Origin: Ostrea edulis | Taxonomy: Eukaryota | Reading direction: 5' to 3' | DNA: 64,000 bases | Assembly (NCBI RefSeq): GCF_947568905.1 | Contig: NC_079169.1 | Coordinates: 76,074,001-76,138,000 of the forward strand | Part shown: positions 27,201-40,378 of the stretch, piece after piece | Layout: each line of letters opens with the position of its first letter | Numbering within the stretch: the stretch's first letter is position 1 | Translations under genes and position numbers: made by a program | The notes under the pieces: model-generated | Told to the model about the DNA's origin: nothing | Seen by the model: only the letters and a program-made list of their open reading frames with translations | Databases searched by the model: none

Positions 27201-30200
27201 GGCGAGAGTTCTAACGGTTGGAAAAGAACGAAATACCGGAAGATGTAGCCAACAGTCGAATCAAACATATCTCATAGGAGGATCTTTTGGATGACGAGAA
27301 GTTTCGACAAAGAAATTGAAGAGAAAACAAGGAAATATCGAGATAAGCGGCGATGAATCCCCGTATTTCTAAGTTCTATGAAGATATATCAAGTTGCTCT
27401 ACAGGTTCACTATATTCAATATTTAGATCAAGACCGTTGTCATGAAACGTACACGGTTTGTTAAAATGTTTCTGCTCTAAATGAAGAACTCGTTGTGCTT
27501 CATTTCGTAATATATCAATTTGTCATTTTTAAAATCAGAGCAGTATAAAATTGGACCGTATTTGAACAAAATTAAAATCCCTTGTTGCTTTTTCAATCAC
27601 CACACAAACAGTTTAACATTTATATTGATTTCTAAATTGATTCACAAAGCGAGATACTATATCGTCGTTTACGATGTACCTCGTTTACAACACAATCACA
27701 CGACGTTAATATGTATGCAGTGTTGGCTACACACGTCAGAATGCAAGGAATGGTCGTTCCTTTGGGTAGAAATTCGTTGGTGACGTGGACGTACTCAAAC
27801 AGGGAATGGCAGTGGGCTAGTTGTATTTCGCGCGTCACAATTTTTCTGAAGAAATTTTATCGCTTATTTTTAATCGCACGTTTCGGGCTTGATAATTTAC
27901 CAGAAGGCACACGTGGTGGGATTATGATAGGAGTAGTTTTAATATATACACAGGCACTTGGGCATGATGGATCATGTTGGATCATGCAACATGACCCCCT
28001 CCTAACCTTCTACACACCTATTTAACTTATGCATTGTAAATATACATTAACTATCATCTAAAAATGTAATAAATCACGTTTCAGCGATTGTAAGAAGAAA
28101 TATCACTGATAACGAGATTTTTACTAATACGTAACAGATATTTCGATAATCTTTAATGTAGATTTACAAAACATAAGTATAAATAGAAATAAGTGTGTTG
28201 ATCCCAGGTTAGAAAAAATAAGGGGTGGGGGTGGCATAATCCATGCCCGAAGGTCTGTGTTTTAACATTGACCTATTCTAAAGAACTGTACGTCAATGTA
28301 TAAATTAAATCCATTCTCATATATAATGGAAATACTGGCCAGTTTATCTGAAATTTTATCACTCCCTTCCGAATATATGAAGTACCAGTTAGGGTCTTAT
28401 ATGCGCGGTTTCGGTTTAATATGGCATTTCGGGAAATTGTGTTGATGAAGGGGGGGGGGGGGGGGGGACTCTGGCTTCAAATTGGCCCAGGCGAGGTAAA
28501 TATAATTGATAAAAGTCTGACGGCTGATTAATATATAGACACTGGGGAGGGGACTACTCTTATTGATTTATTTAGTAAATAAGTATTTGTCATAAAAGTG
28601 GAAATCACTGTGTGTTGTGCATGTATCCTATGTAACTAAAATTGTAAAGTCTCATAAATTATATCAACTATAAACAGTTAAGGGCAAAATATTTATCGAT
28701 AGCTAAAGGACACTCTGTTGTCTTTGAAAAAAAAACTTTGATTGGGTTCGATATTTGCGTAAGCTATTTCCGTTAAAATAGCGATAAAGCTAAAAATAAA
28801 TAAAGAAAATCAAGCTCATTTGAGTGTTTATTACCACAGCAAATTGTACTAGAAAACAATGACCACGATTGACGCGCGGACGCGCCGAATACATATCCTA
28901 CTGCAATACAACTAGCCTGACAGTGTACGGGTCTTCGTCCAAATTCGACAAATTCATAGGGTCCCGGCATAGGGAAATAAAAGCTGTATCGTGTTTCAAC
29001 ATTGATCAAAAAGTCGAATATTCATCGACAAGGGACACTTAGATGTCGTGAGGGAACAGTAAACTTTTGTTTATGTTCGTTGGAAATGTCAGATACCCGA
29101 TGGACTCAGTTAAGGGATCTCTTATGGTTCTCCCACGCCTCATATCTCAATGACTTAGGTCACGGAAGACACCTGGTTCATGTCAGCTGTGTTAACGATA
29201 GCAAGCCCTTGATATGAACTTTTAACGGCCTAAATCCCCCCTCCCCATCCCACGATGTAGCATCAGTTGTGATGCGTTCTCACTATTTCATCGGCTAGAT
29301 CTCAGACAAGATGTTGACTGGGCACATAAGTCCGTACAATTGTACATGTATTGTACATGTAAATACATAAAGAAATAGGAGATAATATCATTAGAATAGA
29401 GTGATCAGTTTTCAACACGATTAATGACCATGTTGACAGATCTGTTTAGCACGCCATATTCTTCAAATAATTTGGACTTCCCGATAATGAGTTAGTCCAA
29501 CCACCAAAACATCATGCAGTGATGACGTCTCACGTGAGTGACAAATTCCCAAGTGGGGCGTTAAGCAATATACAATCAATTATGCAGTGGTGAAGTATGG
29601 TCGTTCTGTATACCCTGAAAAATGATGTCATACCACGAGTCATGACATTACTTTTGAGATTCTAGATCCACAAAGCCAAAAATTAAATCCGCATATAAAA
29701 TGAACCTCGTTGTTGTGAATGGTTTACGAAGTTGCAGATTACAGCGTGTGGGCAAAGTACAGTTAGTGAAACACAACTTCATGTATTTAACGTAATGGTC
29801 GATAAGTATACCAGATTAGCAAGAGTTTCCCTACCTCTATGTTTACTCTGAATTCAGTACACCTTAACCTATCGACCTGAAAATGTAATCATTTATTGAA
29901 GTCAGTGTTCAGCTAAAGATGATCTGGTAAAGTTGAAACTCTAATGTAAAAGCATTTGGAGACCCATACGAAACCAAACTAAAGGTGTAGCAGAAAGGCA
30001 AACGGACGGACAAATCCCCCATTTTCACTATTTAAAGCGTAGGCATAGAACAGGGAAAAAAACTATATATAGTAATCGACCTTAACAAACCCATTTTACA
30101 TCATATAAATATCTAGGTCATTCTTAAAGAATATGGCTTTCTGTATATGCGATAACTACATGTACATTCCTTGCTCTTTTGCATTGAACTGGACAAAGTG

Positions 30201-33200
30201 TTGGATGAAGTCTCCGTCCAATGGAGAAGAGTGAATACTATAATAATAGTTTTCTGAATAAAGTATGTCATGGATAACCCCTTCAACCAAACACACCGCA
30301 CGCGTTCGAAAAGCATACGTTGATTCTGCTTTTTTGCTACCAACAGGCATGAACAACCGAATATTACATTCATGGACATACACTTTGCTAAGGGGGTAGA
30401 CTACATCGTCACAATAACTGACTTCCCTTTCGTATTATGCTATACCGCTGCTGTCCGTCTGTCTGTCCCTTTAACTTTGTCTTCGCAATTACTCCTAAAC
30501 ACTTTGGGGGATTTTGATGAAACTTGGTACAAAGAAAGATCACAATATAGAGGTGTACATATTGCAAGGAGAATGCTGTCCAATGTTTTTAAAGGAGTTG
30601 TGGCAATTGGACTTAATTTTTTCTATCCAAAATACTTTGTCTTCACAGCTTCTCCTAAACCCTTCGTGGGATTTTGATGAAACTTGGTACAAAAAAAAGA
30701 AGGTCACAATGTGGAGATGTGCATATTACAAGGGCAATGCTGCACCACTATTTTTGAAGGAGTTAGGGCCCTTGGACTTGGATTTATTTTATGCTAGTAC
30801 CTTGTCTTCGCAATTCCTCTTAAACCCTTTGGGGGATTTCAGTGAAACTTGGTACAATAAAAGATCAGAATGTGTAGATGTGCATTTTACAAGAGGAATG
30901 CTGTCCCACTATGTTTGAAGGAGTTACAGCCCTTGGACTTAGATTTGTTTAAAGCAAAATACTTTGTTATTGCAAATCCGACGAAATCCTATTATGGATA
31001 ATCCTTTATTATTTGTTCAAATTACTGGGTCAATAATGTATGCGGGCGTATCATGTACCGGTTTAGCGGTGCCCTATTTTTAAAACATGAATGAAACTAT
31101 AAATATCAGCAATATATATATATATATATATTCCTTTTACCGTACATTTGATTGCCTAGTTGGGTACATTATAGCTCAGTCGGTTAACGTGTCGACGGCT
31201 GTAGATCGCGGGTTCGAGTGCAGCAGGCGTTTTGATTTTTTCTTTCTAATTACTTTCTATCAAAACTGACTATTGTGATGCAATATTGAAAAGTGTCGAA
31301 AAATTCTTTTTAGTTTTGATATAAGTTCTCGAGCTCATCAGAGAATTATAATTTTATATTGAAACCGTTTTTCGGAAATTTTAATTCCGCACTGTATAAT
31401 GCTTGCATTCTATGTGATATTTGAATACAATACATGTATGTACGAATAATAACCGTTTGTGTATCGCTCTTTCCCCACGAACGGAACAATTACGAAAGAC
31501 CGATGAATAAAGCTATTGACAGCATTTGTTCTCTGTTCAATTCATATCGTGAACAAGCATAGACGAATGAATTGATGACCAGAGCATTTAATACTTTTTT
31601 TATGTTTGAGGAATTTGATTTACACCGATTAAGACGATTAGTACGACGCTTTCAAACTTTCAGATCAAGTATGTTATTGAAAGAGCGTAGGGAACTATTT
31701 ATAGTTTCAACGATGTTATTTGAATCCATCAACTCGCCGAGGATGGAAATTTTGAAATGAACCCAGACATGTCGCGACACCTTGGAATTCAAATCCATGT
31801 CCACCTGATTTACACTAAAGATTAGCAGGGGTAAACATGTCATAAACATATTATGTAATGGTACTTTTGGGAATATTGGTATGGTGGTGCACTGACTAAA
31901 AGTAAATAGTTCAATGCGAATTGAGGGGTGTTAGAATGACAGATAGGGCGTTGTGGTTAATTTGTGAAGAAATTACATACAAGTAATGGGAAGATTTGCT
32001 GTAATCTATTCATTTGTTATTTTATTCTTATTTTTTCTTATTTGTTTATTTGGTTTGGTAAATTAAGAAAACCTTTTCTCCCAAGGAAAACTCATTAGTG
32101 CTAAACAGTTGCATGTACGCAGATTCGTTTCATGCATTCATTTTAATCATTTGCGACAATACCGATTGCCGTGCATTATTTTACAACACGTAATGAAGGC
32201 CTTTTGCAATCCATTTGAATCCCCACGCGTAAACAATTACCTGTAAAGTAATTGCGCAAACGGAAATTTTATGCACCGCATCTCTGATAATTGCCAACTA
32301 ATTTTTCATTCGCTAAAAGAAAACACGAACTCTCAGGTATTAGAGAAAACGTTGTAGTGTCTGTCTTGAGTGGTAAATTAGTTTTTACATCATCACTTCA
32401 ATTCAATTCTTTATTGTCCTTGAGTTATACAACTCATCGGAATACATCTAGTACACGTACAAATGTACATATATACACAATATATCTAATTGTATAAAGT
32501 AACAACGGGACAGGAGAAGATAGGGGGGGGGGATTACAAATATAATATAATCACATTTTGAGATGCACATGTTATTAGAAAAATACTTTAATTACAATAT
32601 TGACTTGCAACGCTAAACTTCGTATTTTCAAAGCTTGCACATATATACTAAGAATTTTCCCAAGTTATTGAGTTCTTTAGTATTGTCTACACTAAGGGGC
32701 TTAACTAATTTAAATACACTTGGTTTTGTGTAATAGAAACCCTTATTATATTTCTTTCTCAAATCGATGTAAACTGGACATTTCAGGATAAAATGAAACT
32801 CATCTTCTATATCCTTAATTATAGTCACATAATTTACAAAGTTTCGCATTGTTATGCCTGTCTTTTTCAATATTCAAAGAATGTGAAGACATTCTGAATT
32901 TAATGATACCCCCTCCCACCTTTAAGTTGATTGGTCTTTTGAGATATGATTGTAAACAGAAGTTATCTATTAAATGTTGATAAAGAACTCTTTTTGGTGA
33001 ACTTGATAGAGACGACATTAGGTTTTGTTTGCAAATATCCAATTTTCTGAATTCTATTATTTTATAATATGTAAGTTGATTTACACACGACTGTTCAAGC
33101 AAATATTCTAAACCAATGCTTGGCAGATCATGTTTCACGTTAACAATCCAGCTGTCTTTGTTTGCAATCATATTTTCATAACAATTTCTCAAAATACATT

Positions 33201-36200
33201 CATGGTATGTTTACTGCAAATACTTGCATGTACGGTCTGGTATGTAAAGAAAATCATTTTCTTCACATTTTCTGTTGATGTTATCCAAAATATATTGTAA
33301 TGGTTCACCAATTTACGCTACATATTGTATATATGTTTGCAATTCCAAGTGCTCCTCATTCCCGATACATGTATATATGCACAGAACGAGTCCCGCTAGA
33401 AATTCTCCAAGGTAAAAAAAAAAAACACTTGAGGGTATATAGGGTAGGATAACGCAGACAATCTGAGAGCAATATAGCGGACGAGATGAAATAGTTACAT
33501 GTATTTAAGAATTCATGCAACTTTCTGAAAAATTATCTTTAATATGTAACTTTGAATATGCTATCAATTAATTCTAATACTAATCTTTCAATCCTCACCA
33601 GAAACTTGGTACCCGTGAACTTGGTGTCGGCAACATTTGAACAGGTACGTTTCATTTTTTACATTTCGTCAGACTTTGGTGGCATGAGCCTTGATGTTAT
33701 ATTATGTATACTCAACCATATATTCAATGGGTATTATGTAAAATGCAGTGCAAACTAGATTTTATTTGTCTTACATTAATTACATTTTCAAATCTTCACA
33801 GCCCTTTGTATACTCTATAACCTTCCTACATGCAACTGTGCGTATCCAAGCAGAGATGGAACGTGGTACCATGCCGATTTGATTTAAATATTATTTCATC
33901 TTATTTTAATAAAATTATCTTGAGGAAAATGTTCAAAGTTAATGTTACTTTTAGCATGTTTGATAGCTTGAAGGCAGGGACAGGTGCAATTTGGTTGTAT
34001 ACGTTTGTGAACAAGTTGCCTGATTATGTTTCTTCTGGAATAGTGTCTAAAAGTGAACATAAGTAGTTATGTCAAGACAAATTAAGAATTAGTAGTTTCT
34101 GTTATACCAGAGAACGCAATGCATTCGTAGTCTTTTTCTAAAGTCTTGTTCATTAACCATCCAGGGTGAACTTACTTATATATACAGTCCACTCCACTTG
34201 TATTAAAGTCGGTTATATTGAAATATCTGGTATATTGAAGTTGAAATAAATCTTCCAGTAGCAATATTTGTGTATTTCAGCATTGGTTATATTGAACTTT
34301 GGATATAATGAAGAATTCAGGTCGGTCCCCTGAATTTCATTATATCCGGAGTAGACTGTACATGTATGCGTGACTTCGTGAAAAGTGTTTTTTCAAGAGA
34401 ATGGGTGTCCTTATTTCTTCAAATGCTCATAGCAGGGAGAGGGTTTCATTCTTAAGTCACTATTGCAATCGGTCAGCGTCCGGCGTCGTCCGGCGTTCGT
34501 TAAATAATGAATTCTTTTAACATCTTGATAACTACCATTCCAATTCTTTTCAAATTCTGTATGACGTATCAATGGGTCAAGACGGACATAAATTGTAAAT
34601 ATCGGGAATCGTGCAACTCTGTGACCTTAGGGGCGAGGCAAAAACTGCCAAAAATTGACCAATTTTCAAAACTCTTGGTTTGTTTTTTTCAACCACACAC
34701 CTGTAAGAAAAACTAAATGAATAGTGAGCCTTTACTGAAAAAGTAAATTTCATGATTCTCTGACTCTAGGGCGTGGCCAAACTTGGTACATTTGTATATA
34801 GTGTTTAAGCGTGAAACGTCTTTAAAATTCTAAAATGTAATATTTATGTGTTCTTGAACCCAAGCGTACGTATTTAAAAAAAAGTCATGTGTCTGCCTTT
34901 CAGTTTTCTATTATCTGACTCTTCTAATATATTTTTTTTCAAATCTAGGCTCAAACCAAGTACAGTTACGAAAAGGTTGCATCAAATAAATCTGGAAATG
35001 TTTCGCAGACTACCATCGTCTCCAAAAGTGTTGGATCCGCACCCAGCTCTAACATATTGGGTAAGAAGAAGCTCGGTTATCTCCCAGCTCTAACATACTC
35101 TGTAAGAAGAAGCTCGGTTATCTCCCAGCTCTAACATACTCTGTAAGAAGAAGCTCGGTTATCTCCCAGCTCTAACATACTCTGTAAGAAGAAGCTCGGT
35201 TATTTCCCAACTCTAACATACTCTGTAAGAAGAAGCTCGGTTATCTCCCAGCTCTAACATACTGGGTAAGAACAAGCTCGGTTATTTCCCAACTCTAACA
35301 TACTGGGTAAGAAGAAGCTCGATTATTTCGACGTATAGAAATGCTTGTGAGTGGCACGGTCCTTAAAATGAAAAATGTTGTGGATACCATAGAAAAAGTA
35401 TCATCAGATAAGGAAAAAACGAGAGGTACATGGGTCACGTTGTTCAAATGAGTCACCATGGCCCTACTGTTGTTCAGGTGTTGTGATTTTAAAAGCTTTT
35501 TTCAATCTTTATTCCCATGAAAATCCCCCACGCCCATATTGTGGCCCAATTTAGCTCCAAAGAGCCCTGATATAACCAAACTTCAATTCACAACATGGGG
35601 ATGTCTCAATACCAATACGACTAACATGACCTTGCTGTTCTGGAAAAGCTGATCCAAGTTGATTGATACAATGAAAAGTCTAGCCATAAGAAATTTTTAT
35701 ACAAAACATGAAACCTCTACCTTAAATAGCCCAGGAGATATTAAATATGTTAGCTTTCCTTAAAACTATTGTTTAACTCCAAGGACAAGGTCACAAGGTT
35801 AAACCATTTGGTGCCATATATTAAAAAAAATGTTTTCTGTCAAGGAATATGCATATGAAATGAGGGAGCCCTATCACTCGCAATTCAAAAGTTATGAGCA
35901 ATGTTAAAGTTACCGACAGACAAACAAGACAAGAAAAATATGCCCGACGATATAGTCGCAGGAGTATAAATAAAAACTAGAATCCACACAACTTCGGAGC
36001 ATTTAGTGTGATTAAGTGTGACCTGCTACTCTTCAAGAGACTTTGTTTTCATTAATTGCCTGTATATTCCCAAATCACAATTTGATCTATTGTAAGTGTA
36101 TAAACCTAAATTTTAGCTACCTGAAGATGTTTTTATATCAATATAGCTTATCATGACCCAGCTATTGTTGAGATGAAGTTTCCCTATATAAGTTTTTTTT

Positions 36201-37395
36201 TTAAAACAAACTTTAATCCCCCTTGTCACCCCAGCGACATATCAATATGGAGTTGTTACTGAGAATATTTTAAAAGATTTTTCCTATGTACTCCGATACA
36301 ACTTTGATCTCTATGTGTGACTATTGTGACTTCAACCTACCCCCAGAGGTCATGATTTGAACAAACTTGAATCTACTTTTATGTCAGAAAGCTTTCATTT
36401 CTGTCCCAGAGTTGATCAAGCGTGAAGTATTGGTCATATTGTCAGACCTGAAAGCTACATGAAAGAGAGTGTGTCCACAGGTATAGTATTATTGCTATAC
36501 ACCCCAAAACTGAAACAAAGTGTGACAGATGCACGGACAAGGGTAACAATAAATGTCGTTATCACAAAGCAGTTTGTAGCAGAGTTTGAATAAGAATAAA
36601 TATCATTTTACACACTGTGTTTTAGGTCACCTGAGTCACTCAGATGACCTATTGCTATTTGTCTTCATCCATCGTGCATTAACAATTGAGCACTATTAAC
36701 ATCTTGATGACTACCATTACAATTCTTTCCTAATTTGGTATTAAGCACCTTTGAGATAAAGGGGACATGAATTGTAAATTTCAGGACTCCGGTACCCCGG
36801 GGTTTTAGGGATGGGGCAAAACCTGCCAAATATTGATAAATTTTCAAAAATATTCATCTGAAAGAAACACTAAATACAGTCATGAAGAGCAGGAAAGCCT
36901 CTACCAAAATTGTAAATTTCTTGATCCTCGGGTTAGAGGTGGGCGGGGCCAAACTTGGTACATCTATACTTATAAATTAATTTTGCCAATAAACTCCGAA
37001 ACGCTTGCTCCAGAGTTACTGCTTGCACCTTTAATATTGTTTCATGTGTGAGGTGAAGTTCGTAAGCTATAATTGAATCTTACTTGATTAGTACGATCGT
37101 AAAATTAATCAAAATTCTACTTTCGTTTTCAATAAACTACCCAACGATCTGAAACATCGATAAATTTTTAAATACGATATTCATCTGATATTTTCGATGT
37201 TCTTATTAATATTTTTCCCGTTAATATAGAAGTCACTGTTACGACTTTTTGCAATAACAATTTATTAACAATTACTTATATGTGCAAACACATGGATAAA
37301 CACAAGAAAGGTTTTATTTTGGTTGGACATATTTTGTGATGACACAGTTCTTGAAAATAAGTAATATGATTAATTGTATATTGTATAACGTCCCT

Positions 37396-37437
<42 letters not shown>

Positions 37438-40328
37438 TGAAGGGATGCAAAATTTTGGCCTATGCTTGGCGCTTCAGACCTTTGAGCAGGGAGGGATCTA
37501 TATCGTGCCACACCTGCTGCGACACGGGGGCTTGGTTTAAGCAGTCTCATACGAAGGACCGCCCCATCTAGTCGCCTCTTACAACAAGCAAGGGGTACTG
37601 AGGACCTATTCTAACCCGGATCCGCAATGGGACGAAAAACGAAAACTGTCAAATAATATTCTAGTATAGTATTCACCTTAAAACTTAAACATTTATCAAA
37701 ATTGGATTGTACACTACCTGACAATGTTCAAGAAACCAGGCCACTTTTACAGTATAGCAGTTTTTTCTGTTTGACATTCATATAAAGTGCATAATGTTTT
37801 CGATTATTGCGTTTGACGATAAGAAACGACATGTATTCATAATTTTGCCCTTAATTTGTCGCACTAGACAAAAACTACCATTATAAACACAGTCGCAATA
37901 CTGAGTTTCAGATTTTTAGATTATGAACGATCGTTCATTTTGTCTTTGCTCAACTAATCGTCATGACGGATTACAATTACATTTGTAAAACCATGATCTA
38001 ATTTTCAATACGGAGAGATCATTTATGTGACATAAGGAACATTTGATTTGGAGCTCCATGTGACTTCCTAATGATCAAGTGTTATTTACTGTATAAGTTT
38101 CATTTACTGTATATGATATCAATAAATATAACATAACTAATACACGCAATTATTAAAAACATTTTCTTAAATTCATTTGAATTAAAGATACCGTTCATTC
38201 AATTCATATGCGCAATAATTCAAACACGCATTAAAAAAGTCCTTCCTCTCTGCAATATCATTTGATTGTGATTTCCCGCGCTTGCACGGGGTTTTATTGG
38301 TAATGTTAATGTGTAAAACATTTAAATAACATGCTATTGATACTAAATTGAAACTAAATGAATATTCAAAAGGAGCAGATACTCTTTTACAAAAATTGTA
38401 AATTCCATGATCCCAGGGGTAGGGGATTTTGGTTCAAGGGAGGGGCAAAATTTATCATTTGAAGGACTTCTTATTTAATTTCGCTGATTGTGCATAAAAC
38501 TTAAATGCATATTAAGGAAAAGCAGAAAGTACCAATTTTTTTTTATTTCGCAACCCCAGGGTTCTCACTCTAGGGTGGGTATAATATGATATTAATATGA
38601 CATATTTTATATAAAATCTTTCATCGGTATGAGCATTTTTGGGAGCATTTGTGTTTTAAATACTGCTTCTGAATATTAGAAATTAGCTTAGACATTTAGA
38701 ACAGGATAATTGTTATAAATTCCATAGCCCTTGGGGCTAGCGATAAGGTTAACTAAATACCCAGGTGACCGATGAGGCCTGTAGGCCATTTGTTCAAACT
38801 TAAATGCAACAAAAACGTGAAGGATGCTGAAATGATGCGTTGTCTTTTCAGCTATATATTTCTGAGAGGGCTGACTCCTTACTATAAACATTTTTGCATT
38901 CGAACACAAAGTTTCTCATGTTGAAAAGGGTCACTACTTCCCCAACCGAAAGGTTAGGTTGCACTTCCTGTACCTCTCGTTTACTGTCACAGACTGCAGA
39001 TAATGTTGTGGTGTTGATTATAAATATCTAAGGTTAGGTTGCACTTCCTGTACCTCTCGTTTACTGTCACAGACTGCAGATAATGTTGTGGTGTTGATTA
39101 TAAATATCTAAGGTTAGGTTGCACTTCGTGTACCTCTCGTTGACTGTCACAGACTGCAGATAATGTTGTGGTGTTGGTTATAAATATCTAAGAAAACACT
39201 GGAGTCACTGACTTCTCGCTGTTATGACTGCATTCTTTGAATGTTAGCCGCAGTACACTAAGAGGCGCAAACGCCTATTGATTCTGAGGTCAAAAGGTCA
39301 TGGGTTGTGGCCTCGTGCTATTTTTCGTAGTTAGAAATGTCAAAGACACCACATTACATGTATCATTTCATTTTCTCAAGATAAAAAGTATACCTGATCC
39401 GGATATAGGGCTCACGGTGGGTGTGACCGGTCAACAGGGGATGCTTAATCCTCCTAGGCACCTGATCCCACCTCTGGTATATCCAGAGGTCCGTGTTTGC
39501 CCAACTCTCTATTTTATGATTAAACAGACAGTTGGGAGAACGTTGTTGATGGAGATAATTTGAATTTCAAAGTCAAGCTGACTTTTAGACAAATGTCACT
39601 CAAGGTCATTATAGAGTGATCATTGACCCTGAGTGACCTTTGTCATTTACCTATTACATGTTCTTATTTGTGTGATATATGATCAAAAACTGTTCAACAA
39701 CTATTAAGATAAGGAGCTTTTTCCTTATATACGATGTTATGAGTAACCTTAACCTTTCCAAAATTACCTTGATTAACCTTTGGCAGAAAGTCATTTAGCC
39801 ACAGAGACACTAAATATTCATTTGTATCAAAGTATGGCCTTCCTTATTCAAACACCGAGATTTCTTGTTGAAAACAAAACAATACATCATTTTAGGCGGA
39901 ATTGTCAAGGTTTGAAGTTTCCTTTTTAATTAAATGAGTCTAAAAGCAATGTTACTCGACACCACTCGCGAACATTGTTATTACTGTCTTGGAAAGCTAA
40001 AATATCACGTGTTCTTTACAAAGTGCTGACGAGAGGTTCCATTAGGTAAATGTTATAATCCTGTAGCAAGGATTCTCCATACAACTCAAAGACTTTTTGT
40101 TGTTGTTGTTGTTTTAAAGTACATGTAGTTTTAATGCAGTTACAAAACGGCAAAACACCATTAGTATACTGCTTTGTGCTTACAGGCCTCGTCATTGTCA
40201 GTGCGGTATTCGGTCTCGCAACCAGCCATATGCAGGACGTGGGATACCCCTTTAAACAGTTCTTTAGTTCGGCTACTGAGATCATCCTTAGGATACTTCG
40301 CTGGCTAATATGGTAAGTAAATTCAATG

Positions 40329-40378
<50 letters not shown>

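Noticed and set aside
31165-31230. tRNA gene (atagctcagtcggttaa...ggttcgagtgc)
   Set aside because: No closing acceptor stem or proper anticodon arm; a similar remnant lies inside the 45379 element, so it is repeat-derived.
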